Positions 8,743 through 15,746 are shown, numbered from the stretch's first letter. The stretch: 49,291 nucleotides of DNA from Gemmatimonadales bacterium (GCA_035279865.1 DATEGY010000316.1:1-49291); one strand, 5' to 3'. Notes: generated by a model not told the origin, from the letters alone. Program-made: numbers and translations.

Positions 8743-9123
8743 TTAACGCGGCAACTCGGCCGTCAGCGCCAGAAGATTGCCTTCCGAGTCGTGGCAGAAG
8801 GTCATCCAGAGGTCGTTCGGCCCCAGGGGCGCGACCACATGTGGGCGGTCCTCGAACTTGACCCCCTTCCCCGTGAGCTCGGCGTGAGCGGCCCGGATGT
8901 CGGTTACTTGGTAGTAGAGGATCGACCCGGCGTGGTCAAACTCGGGTTTTTCGGCCTTCCCGAGCATGAGCCGAATCCCGCCGCAGTCGAAGAAGGCGAG
9001 GCCGGGCGCTTCGAAGAGCAGGCGGAGTCCGAGCGTGTCGCGGTAGAACGACGTCGCACGTTTCAGGTCGTGGACGTTGATCGCGATTTGGGCGATGCGG
9101 TCGAGCGTAGGCCCTCGCTTGAA
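8743..9123 (-). CDS. glyoxalase/bleomycin-resistance/dioxygenase (VOC) family protein; start codon unresolved
   Basis: The track gives only 8743..8967 (74 aa). The VOC-like sequence continues in frame 52 codons upstream (TLDRIAQIAINVHDLKRATSFYRDTLGLRLLFE...) to a TAA at 9124-9126. There is no ATG, GTG or TTG in that stretch. Confidence 0.6.
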   Translation of the reverse strand, partial: FKRGPTLDRIAQIAINVHDLKRATSFYRDTLGLRLLFEAPGLAFFDCGGIRLMLGKAEKPEFDHAGSILYYQVTDIRAAHAELTGKGVKFEDRPHVVAPLGPNDLWMTFCHDSEGNLLALTAELPR

Positions 9124-9148
9124 TTATTTAGCTATTGCTAAGTATATT
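9119..9148 (+). promoter_or_regulatory. sigma70-like promoter of the MarR gene, with a palindromic operator in the spacer
   Basis: TTGAAT (9119-9124), 18-nt spacer, TATATT (9143-9148). The spacer contains the perfect inverted repeat TTAGC-tatt-GCTAA (9128-9141). This is an AT-rich island in GC-rich DNA between divergent VOC and MarR genes. Confidence 0.5.
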
Positions 9149-9154
9149 TCAACC

Positions 9155-9601
9155 GTGGCCGATCCCGCAAGTCCCGCCCACCAGGTGGCCGACCGGCTGC
9201 ACTCGGCCGCCATCCACCTCCTCCGCCGCGTCCGGCGCCAGGATCCCGCCCTGGGGATCGGACCGGCCCAGGCCTCTGCTCTTTCCGTGCTCGTCTTCGG
9301 CGGGTCCCGTTCACTCGGGGAGCTCGCGGATGCCGAGTCCGTGCGGCCGCCGACCATGAGCCGAATCGTCGATGGATTGGTGCGGTCGGGGCTCGCCAGA
9401 CGCCGGCGTGGGGAGGCTGACGGACGGAGCGTGCGGATCGAGGCGACTGCTCGGGGAAAGCGCCTGATGCAGGCAGGGCGCAAGCGACGGGTGGCGGATC
9501 TGGCCAGGAGGCTGGAGGGGCTCGACCCCGGTTTGGCCGAGCTCCTCACGCGGGCGGCGGACGTCATCCAGTCCATGCTGGCGCCTGTGGAGTTAGTGTG
9601 A
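9155..9601 (+). CDS. MarR family transcriptional regulator
   Basis: Winged-HTH MarR pattern (LGELADAESVRPPTMSRIVDGLVRSGLARR...DGRSVRIEATARG). GTG 9155 was chosen because earlier starts (9077 and 9095) overlap the VOC gene and the promoter. The start is uncertain. Confidence 0.75.
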   Translation: MADPASPAHQVADRLHSAAIHLLRRVRRQDPALGIGPAQASALSVLVFGGSRSLGELADAESVRPPTMSRIVDGLVRSGLARRRRGEADGRSVRIEATARGKRLMQAGRKRRVADLARRLEGLDPGLAELLTRAADVIQSMLAPVELV

Positions 9602-9642
9602 ACTCCAACACCCGCTTGTCAGCAAGGCAGCCTGGGTAACGC

Positions 9643-11256
9643 TCAGCGGTAGAACACTCCCGTCCCCAACGTCACGGCCCAGTGCTGTCCGGAGTGAATG
9701 AAGGGCCCCGCCCGGTATCCGACCGCAAACTCGATCACGTCCCCGCCAATGGACCGGGTCGGCCCCACCCGAAAGGCGACCCCCATGTCGGAGGCGGTCC
9801 GCGGCCTCTGAATGCCGTACCAGGCCCCGCCCCAGTCGAAGAACGGCGCGACGCCGAGCCCGAAGAGGCTCCACACTTCGCTCGCGATCGTAATCCGGTC
9901 ATCGAGCGCCAGCCAGACCATCCGTGAGCCCGTGAATACGTGTGCGCCGTAGAGCCGCGGTCCATTGCCGTCCCGCCAGAGGTCGAACTCGCCGCCCGGG
10001 GCCGTGCCCGTCACGGCGCCGCCCTCGAGATGGAAGATCAGAGTCTGGCTGGGAATGGAGGTGGTCACGGCGGTGAGCGCGGAGGTCACCCGGCCGGAGT
10101 CGAGGCCGGAGCGCGTGTACATCCCCAGTGCCTGCGCCCGGAGAGAGACGAACCCGCCTGGCCAGGCACCCGACAGCTGGAAGTGCGCGCGCGGTGCGAC
10201 GCCGGCGTGCGGTCCGTAGCCGAGACCGTTCGGAGCCACCCACACGCCCACGCCGGCCGTTTGGGAGAGATCGAGATCCTCGTGTCGTCCGAACGAGTTG
10301 AAATGCTCGATCTGGGCGTAGCGGACGTGGCTCCGCTCGGCGGCGATCCCGAACGATCCGTAGAAGTGGCGGGGGAACAGGCTGTCCGGGATTGGGATGA
10401 ACCCGGGGTTCCCTGGTAGCGAGTCGAGTTTGTAGTCCTCCCGGCGAAAGACGCTGGAGAGCGTTAGCCGCAGGTAGTCTCGAGACGTCGCGAGGGGTGC
10501 CCAGCCGGCGGTGTTGACCGAGATGAGGGCTTTCCGGTCGTACACAGCGCTCTTGCCGTTGTCTTTGAAGACGTTCACGAAGTTATGCGCCACCTCGTCC
10601 GAATCCTGGAGTGAATAACGGGCGGCGGTCTGGTAAAAGCCCTGTCCGTAGCTCCAAACGGTGCGCCTCCCGTCGGAGAGGTCGTCGTACTCGAGGTTCA
10701 AGGCGGTCCGCCGCGACAGGAACGCGGCATTCTGGTAGAGGAACGACAGGTTGTTGCGGTCAGGGTTGTGATGAAGGGCCACGGACAACGCGGTCGCCGT
10801 CCCCAGGAGATTCCGCTCCGTCGCGGACATCAGCCAGCTGACCGACTTGTCGGTGACGGAGTAGCCCAGATTGAGCGACGTACTCCACCCGTCTCCGGTG
10901 GTGACCCGGAGCGCGAAGCGATCGCCGACCCGCAGGGTGTCGAACTTCACGTCCCGGAAGACGCCCAGGTCCCGCAGCAGCCGCTCGCTCTCCACCACCT
11001 GCGCCGAGTCGTAGTGCATGCCCGGCTCGAGGAGGATGGTGCGGCGGATGACGTTGGCGCGGGTGGTCCGGTGGAGCGCGTTGACGAGTCCGGCGAGGAA
11101 CCCGGGCGCCTGGTCGGTGCTCGCGAAGATGTTGTGATTGACGACGATGATGGTGTCGATCACCGGTCCCGTCGTTTCGTCGTCCCGCGGCGCCTGCGCG
11201 CCCAGGTGGGTGGCGGCGGCGAAGCACAGCACGGCGACAGCCAAGGCTCGATTCAC
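9643..11256 (-). CDS. Omp85/BamA-family outer-membrane protein with one POTRA-like domain (537 aa)
   Basis: Signal peptide MNRALAVAVLCFAAATHLGAQA. POTRA-like segment (RRTILLEPGMHYDSAQVVESERLLRDLGVFRDV), then a long beta-barrel ending ...GTGVFYR. GTGA overlap with the upstream lipoprotein gene. Confidence 0.75.
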   Translation of the reverse strand: MNRALAVAVLCFAAATHLGAQAPRDDETTGPVIDTIIVVNHNIFASTDQAPGFLAGLVNALHRTTRANVIRRTILLEPGMHYDSAQVVESERLLRDLGVFRDVKFDTLRVGDRFALRVTTGDGWSTSLNLGYSVTDKSVSWLMSATERNLLGTATALSVALHHNPDRNNLSFLYQNAAFLSRRTALNLEYDDLSDGRRTVWSYGQGFYQTAARYSLQDSDEVAHNFVNVFKDNGKSAVYDRKALISVNTAGWAPLATSRDYLRLTLSSVFRREDYKLDSLPGNPGFIPIPDSLFPRHFYGSFGIAAERSHVRYAQIEHFNSFGRHEDLDLSQTAGVGVWVAPNGLGYGPHAGVAPRAHFQLSGAWPGGFVSLRAQALGMYTRSGLDSGRVTSALTAVTTSIPSQTLIFHLEGGAVTGTAPGGEFDLWRDGNGPRLYGAHVFTGSRMVWLALDDRITIASEVWSLFGLGVAPFFDWGGAWYGIQRPRTASDMGVAFRVGPTRSIGGDVIEFAVGYRAGPFIHSGQHWAVTLGTGVFYR

Positions 11257-11822
11257 TTCACTCCCTCGATGCGCTGTTTCAGCCGATAGGTCTGATGCAT
11301 CCCGCGGTCGTCCCAGGCGGTGAAATACAGGGTGACGTCGATGTGCCCGGTGATCTGCGCGATCCCCAGCCGTTCGAGCTCATACGTCCCCCGCACCGAA
11401 TCGGGCCGGACGGGGTGGCACAGACACGCCACCGTCGCGACCGCCGGAATGTCGGCACGAGCCGCTCCTACCGTGTAGGCCTTCCCGAGGCTGAGCTTGC
11501 GGGTGTCCCGGAAATCCAGCCCGAGCGTAAGCTCATAACCGGAGCCATCGGCGGGACTCCCGAAGTCGAACTTGGTCAACAGGACGTCGTGGCGTCCCGT
11601 CAGGCTGGTGTCCACTCGTAAACGCACGACGGTCAGCTTGGGATCCGTGTCCACCACGAGGCGGCCAGCGCTCCGCCACTCGGCATGAACTTGCTCGCCC
11701 TGCGTGTCCCCTGGCCTGGGCAGTAGTTCACAGCCAAAAATCGTCAAGAGGCAAGGCGTCAAGAGACAAAGCGTCGAGAGACCAGACGTGAGCGACGCGT
11801 AAAATGGATGACGGTTTTTCAG
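11253..11822 (-). CDS. putative lipoprotein, translationally coupled to the Omp85 gene; start uncertain
   Basis: Frame of track ORF 11253..11894. It contains ...LSTLCLLTPCLLTIFGC (lipobox-like IFGC). The canonical starts (ATG 11876, GTG 11894) overlap the divergent four-helix-bundle gene. A CTG at 11822 would give an ideal signal peptide, (M)KNRHPFYASL... The signal region is encoded by 15-nt repeat units. Confidence 0.5.
   Translation of the reverse strand: MKNRHPFYASLTSGLSTLCLLTPCLLTIFGCELLPRPGDTQGEQVHAEWRSAGRLVVDTDPKLTVVRLRVDTSLTGRHDVLLTKFDFGSPADGSGYELTLGLDFRDTRKLSLGKAYTVGAARADIPAVATVACLCHPVRPDSVRGTYELERLGIAQITGHIDVTLYFTAWDDRGMHQTYRLKQRIEGVK
11742..11801 (-). repeat. 15-nt tandem repeat array, reverse orientation (about 4 units)
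   Basis: cgtcaagaggcaagg / cgtcaagagacaaag / cgtcgagagaccaga / cgtgagcgacgcgta. These are reverse complements of the units at 12212-12280 and 46474-46606. Confidence 0.85.
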
Positions 11823-11844
11823 GGCAGACGTCCTAAGATAGCCC

Positions 11845-12213
11845 GTGCCCCTTCGCGCCAACGCGAGCCATCTCATGGTCCACCAAGTCGCCACGCAGGT
11901 CTCGGAAGAGGTCGCCAGGCTGGCTCGATCGTTTCGGGGTCCCGGAGCCTATGCGCGCGGCGACCAAATGGTCCGAGCGGCGCTCTCGGTGACATCAAAT
12001 ATCGCTGAAGCATGTGGACGTGGTACTGTACGGGAATTTCGGCGGTTCCTGCGTTACGCCCAAGGCTCAGCGCACGAGCTCCGATCTCAGCTGCAGACGT
12101 CACGTCGCCTTGATCCGATGTCAGCGCCTCAATTCAGAACGCTCGAGAGCCGGGTAGGGTTCGTGATAAAGGCGTTGTCACGGCTGTACGACCACCCGCC
12201 ACCGCAGAGCTGA
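11845..12213 (+). CDS. four-helix-bundle protein (23S rRNA intervening-sequence protein / S23p / Avd family)
   Basis: Family signature DQMVRAALSVTSNIAEACGRGTVREFRRFLRYAQGSAHELRSQL. GTG 11845 is preferred over ATG 11875 because family N-termini align with ...SHLMVHQVATQV. Confidence 0.8.
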   Translation: MPLRANASHLMVHQVATQVSEEVARLARSFRGPGAYARGDQMVRAALSVTSNIAEACGRGTVREFRRFLRYAQGSAHELRSQLQTSRRLDPMSAPQFRTLESRVGFVIKALSRLYDHPPPQS

Positions 12214-12280
12214 CGTCTTGTTTCTCGACGGTTTGCTTCTCGACGTCTTGTTTCTTGACGCCTTGTCTCTCGACGCCTTT
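12212..12280 (+). repeat. 15-nt tandem repeat array, forward orientation (4.6 units)
   Basis: gacgtcttgtttctc / gacggtttgcttctc / gacgtcttgtttctt / gacgccttgtctctc / gacgccttt. It fills the whole convergent intergenic gap between the four-helix-bundle gene and glnA. Confidence 0.9.
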
Positions 12281-12285
12281 GGCAT

Positions 12286-13611
12286 TTAGTACTGCCCGAG
12301 ATACCTCTGCAGCTCCCAGTCCGAGACGGTACCGATGTAATCCTCCCACTCCTCCCGCTTCGCCTCCACGAACCGTTCATAGATGTGCGGTCCGAGCGCC
12401 GCCTTGACGATTTCGTCCTTTTCCAAACACTCGAGCGCCTCGTGAAGATCCCGCGGCAGCTCGTCGATCCGGTACTTCCGCCGTTCCCGGTGGCTCATCT
12501 CGAAAATGTTCTTGTTCACGGGATCGGGGGGGGTGAGCTTCCGCTCCACGCCGTCGAGCCCTGCCGCGAGCTGCACCGCCAGCGCGAGGTAGGGATTGGC
12601 GGACGGGTCGGGCATCCGGAGCTCGCACCGCGTGCCGGGGCCGCGGCGGTCGGGGATCCGGATGAGCGGGGACCGGTTGCGCATGGACCAGGCGACGTTG
12701 ACCGGTGCCTCGTATCCTGGAACCAGCCGCTTATAGCTGTTGACCAGGGGGTTGGTGATGGCGCAGAACCCCCGCGCGTGCTGGAGGAGACCCGCGATGT
12801 AGGCGAGGGCGACCGCGGACAGCTCCCACTGGGCCCTGGCATCATGAAAGGCGTTCTTGCCCCCGGCGAAGAGCGATTGATGCGTGTGCATCCCCGAGCC
12901 GTTCTGGCCGAAGATCGGCTTGGGCATGAACGTGGCGAGGAAACCGTGGCGGTAGGCGACGTTGCGGACGATGAACCGGAAGGTCGCCAGGTTGTCCGCC
13001 GTTTCGAGCGCCTCCGCGTACCGGAAGTCGATCTCGTGCTGCCCCGGCGCCACCTCGTGATGCCCGGCCTCGACCTCGAACCCCATCGACACCAGGTCCC
13101 GTACGATCAGCCGCCGGATCTCCTCGGCCTTGTCCACCGGGGTCTGGTCGAAGTACCCGCCCGCATCGTGCGTGATGGTGGTGGGCGCTTCCGAGGCGTC
13201 GAGCTGAAAGATGAAGAACTCCGCCTCCACGCCGGCCATCATGGCGTACCCGGCGTCCCTGGCCCGGGCGATCTGGCGCTTCAAGGCCAGCCGGGGACAG
13301 CCCGCGAACGCCGACCCGTCCGGGTTGTAGATGTCGCAGATGATGCGCGCGACCGTGCCCCCTTCGTCGCCGCCGGGCAGCACGCGGAAGGTCTCGAGAT
13401 CGGGTTTGAGTACCATGTCCGACTCTTCGATCCGGACGAAGCCCTCGATCGACGAGCCGTCGAACATGATGTCCCCTTCGAGGGCCTTTTCGAACTGGCT
13501 CTCGGGGACCTCGACGTTCTTGTTGACGCCCAGAATGTCGGTGAATTGCAGGCGCAGGAACGAGACACCTTGCTTTTTGGCCAGGTCCAGAACTTCGCGT
13601 TTGGTCGTCAT
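12286..13611 (-). CDS. glnA: glutamine synthetase, type I-alpha (Bacillus-like, 441 aa)
   Basis: FLRLQFTDILGVNKNVEVP...MFDGSSIEGFVRIEESDM...ARIICDIYNPDGS closely follows the GSI-alpha pattern. Confidence 0.9.
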   Translation of the reverse strand: MTTKREVLDLAKKQGVSFLRLQFTDILGVNKNVEVPESQFEKALEGDIMFDGSSIEGFVRIEESDMVLKPDLETFRVLPGGDEGGTVARIICDIYNPDGSAFAGCPRLALKRQIARARDAGYAMMAGVEAEFFIFQLDASEAPTTITHDAGGYFDQTPVDKAEEIRRLIVRDLVSMGFEVEAGHHEVAPGQHEIDFRYAEALETADNLATFRFIVRNVAYRHGFLATFMPKPIFGQNGSGMHTHQSLFAGGKNAFHDARAQWELSAVALAYIAGLLQHARGFCAITNPLVNSYKRLVPGYEAPVNVAWSMRNRSPLIRIPDRRGPGTRCELRMPDPSANPYLALAVQLAAGLDGVERKLTPPDPVNKNIFEMSHRERRKYRIDELPRDLHEALECLEKDEIVKAALGPHIYERFVEAKREEWEDYIGTVSDWELQRYLGQY

Positions 13612-13627
13612 GGGAGGCGGTTAGTTA

Positions 13628-13677
13628 TTAGGCGGTTAGTCGGTTAGCAAGACCACACTAACCGACTAACCGCCTAA
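13628..13677 (-). other. perfect 20-bp stem / 10-nt loop hairpin between the two GS genes
   Basis: ttaggcggttagtcggttag-caagaccaca-ctaaccgactaaccgcctaa. The arms are built from reiterated cggttag heptamers. There is no U-tract on either strand. Confidence 0.8.
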
Positions 13678-13688
13678 CCACTGACAAC

Positions 13689-15161
13689 TCACACGTCGTA
13701 GTACAGGAAGAACTCGTACGGATGCGGCCGCAGCGCCACCGGGTCGACCTCCTTGGCCTTCTTGTAGGCAAGCCACGTGTCGATCAGGTCCCGCGTGAAC
13801 ACGCCCCCTTCGAGCAGGAACTGGTGATCCGCCTGCAGCGCCGCCAGGGATTCCTGCAGGCTTCCGGGGGTGTTCTTCACGTGCTTCCGCTCTTCCGGCT
13901 CGAGCTCGTACAGGTCCACGTCCATCGGTTTGGGCGGCTCGATCCTGTTCTTCACGCCATCGAGGCCGGCCATGAGGAGCGCCGCGAACGTGAGGTACGG
14001 GTTCGCCGACGGGTCGGGCGCCCGGAACTCGATGCGCTTCGCCTTCGGCGACGTCGAATACATGGGGATACGGCAGATGGCCGACCGGTTCCGCTGGGAA
14101 TAGATGAGGTTGATCGGGGCTTCGTAGCCCGGCACCAGACGGCGGTAGCTGTTGGTGGTCGGGGCCGCGAAGGCCAGCACCGCGGGAGCGTGCTTGATGA
14201 GGCCGCCGATGTACCAGCGGGCGGTGTCCGAGAGCAGCGCGTAGCCCTTGGGATCGAAGAACAGATTGGTATCCTGGTTCCAGAGGCTCATGTGCACGTG
14301 CATACCGGACCCGTTGTCGCCGAACATGGGCTTGGGCATGAACGTCGCCGTATAACCGTGCTGGTCGCACACGTTCTTCACGATGTACTTGTAGATCAGT
14401 ACCTGATCCGCCATCCGGGTCAGCGTGCCGAACTTCATGTCGATTTCGGTCTGTCCCGCCGTGCCCACTTCGTGATGGTGGACTTCCACGTCGATACCCG
14501 CCTGCATGAGCGCCAGCATGATCTTCGAGCGGAGATCCTGGAGCTTGTCCACCGGCGGGACCGGGAAGTAGCCCTCCTTGTGCCGCGGCCGGTGCCCGGG
14601 ATTGGGAGTGCCGTTCCGGCCCGAGTTCCAGATGCCTTCGTCGGAGTCGATGTGGTAGTAGCCCTCGTGCGCGTTCTGGTCGAACCGCACCGAGTTGAAA
14701 ATGTAGAACTCCGCTTCCGGCCCGCAGTACACCGTCGTCGCGATCCCGCTTCGCACCAGATACTCCTCGGCCTTCTGCGCCACGTAGCGCGGGTCGCGCG
14801 AGTACCGCTCCCGGGTGATGGGGTCCACGATGTCGCACGTGAGCGAGAGGGTGGGGACCTGGAGGCAGGGGTCCACGAACGCGCTCGCGGGATCGGGGAT
14901 CAGGAGCATGTCACTCTCGTTGATCGCCTGGAATCCGCGGATCGACGACCCGTCGAACCCCAGCCCGTCTTCGAACACGTCCTCGGTGAGGTGCTTCACC
15001 GGAATCGAGAAGTGCTGCCAGGTGCCGGGCAGGTCGCAGAAACGGACGTCGACCACCTGCACCCCGGCCTCGTGGGCCCGGCGGATGACGTCTGTGGGAG
15101 ATGTACCGGCAGCGGTGCGTCCGGTGGTCGATCGGGTGATGGGCTCCATCGTCGCTGTCAT
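13689..15161 (-). CDS. glnA: glutamine synthetase, type I-beta (enterobacterial type, 490 aa)
   Basis: Start ATG 15161 with GGAGGAG 8 nt upstream, internal to track ORF 13689..15299. VDVRFCDLPGTWQHFSIP...FDGSSIRGFQAINESDM... The adenylylation-loop Tyr context is conserved (MDVDLYELEPEE). Confidence 0.9.
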   Translation of the reverse strand: MTATMEPITRSTTGRTAAGTSPTDVIRRAHEAGVQVVDVRFCDLPGTWQHFSIPVKHLTEDVFEDGLGFDGSSIRGFQAINESDMLLIPDPASAFVDPCLQVPTLSLTCDIVDPITRERYSRDPRYVAQKAEEYLVRSGIATTVYCGPEAEFYIFNSVRFDQNAHEGYYHIDSDEGIWNSGRNGTPNPGHRPRHKEGYFPVPPVDKLQDLRSKIMLALMQAGIDVEVHHHEVGTAGQTEIDMKFGTLTRMADQVLIYKYIVKNVCDQHGYTATFMPKPMFGDNGSGMHVHMSLWNQDTNLFFDPKGYALLSDTARWYIGGLIKHAPAVLAFAAPTTNSYRRLVPGYEAPINLIYSQRNRSAICRIPMYSTSPKAKRIEFRAPDPSANPYLTFAALLMAGLDGVKNRIEPPKPMDVDLYELEPEERKHVKNTPGSLQESLAALQADHQFLLEGGVFTRDLIDTWLAYKKAKEVDPVALRPHPYEFFLYYDV

Positions 15162-15298
15162 GCGGGGGTCTCCTCCGGGGTCGCAGTGGAAGCGGAAATA
15201 CGAAGGGCCCGAGCGGATGAGCGTCGGGCCCCGAAAATTCCTGTCAGGGTGTTTGCGGCAGGCATGCGGCAAGGTATGGTGGTCATGCGGTGCTGTCA

Positions 15299-15314
15299 AG
15301 CAAAATCTGCACCA
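15299..15314 (-). promoter_or_regulatory. sigma54-type promoter candidate upstream of GSI-beta glnA
   Basis: Reverse strand reads TGGTGC-AGATT-TTGCT, with exact -24 GG / -12 GC spacing, about 140 nt upstream of ATG 15161. Confidence 0.4.
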
Positions 15315-15378
15315 GATGCAATAAATCCGTCTAAATCGGCATTTCGATCTCCAAAATGTTCATTGCTGATCGACAAAC

Positions 15379-15395
15379 TGTGCACGTGATGCACA
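15379..15395. promoter_or_regulatory. perfect palindrome TGTGCA-N5-TGCACA (NtrC/enhancer-binding-protein-like site)
   Basis: tgtgcacgtgatgcaca lies about 85 bp upstream of the sigma54-like element. Its TGCA/GCAC half-sites resemble NtrC sites. A related TGCACCAGATGCA occurs at 15308-15320. Confidence 0.35.
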
Positions 15396-15419
15396 ATTTC
15401 GATGTCATACAGCTACACC

Positions 15420-15746
15420 TCACCGTGGCTCCAGCGCTTCAAGGAAATGCCACAACTCCACAGCCGAAAATTCACCGAAACGCTCCGAGATCTCCTGCGC
15501 GCCGGCTTCCAGGAAGATCCAGCCGGTGGTCCGCTGGTCGCCGGGCGCCACAAAGTGGATCCGGCCACGCACGGAGGCCCGGTCCTCCGTCGGTTCGGAT
15601 TCGAGGTAAACGTCCCAGCGGCGCTCCCCCCGGCGCAGCTCACCCATGTGACGCGAGTGATCCCGGCCGGGGAACGGATTGGTCATGCCGTACAGACTAC
15701 GCTCCCTCAGGAATTCCTGCCAGTTAGATTCTTGGCGCGATGACAT
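15420..15746 (-). CDS. hypothetical protein (108 aa)
   Basis: Balanced, protein-like composition (…WDVYLESEPTEDRASVRGRIHFVAPGDQRTTGWIFLEAG…), better than the overlapping + frame. The start may instead be the internal Met at 15686. Confidence 0.45.
   Translation of the reverse strand: MSSRQESNWQEFLRERSLYGMTNPFPGRDHSRHMGELRRGERRWDVYLESEPTEDRASVRGRIHFVAPGDQRTTGWIFLEAGAQEISERFGEFSAVELWHFLEALEPR

Noticed and set aside
9077-9154. Earlier starts (TTG 9077, ATG 9095) for the MarR gene
   Set aside because: They would overlap the VOC coding region and read through the AT-rich promoter/operator. This is not excluded, hence the reduced confidence in the start.
11845-12213. Diversity-generating retroelement, because the four-helix-bundle protein belongs to the Avd family
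   Set aside because: I found no reverse transcriptase ORF and no template/variable repeat pair anywhere in the window.
13628-13677. Rho-independent terminator call for the inter-GS hairpin
   Set aside because: There is no U-tract on either strand, so it is reported as an unexplained structure instead.
12385-15389. Long + strand ORFs (12385..13647, 13722..15389) antisense to the GS genes. Also the similar antisense or off-frame ORFs 17205..18407, 38621..40153, 40262..41638, 41732..42892 and 44312..45739
   Set aside because: These are high-GC antisense shadow ORFs with Arg/Gly/Pro/His-rich, non-protein-like sequence. The opposite-strand genes have unambiguous family motifs.
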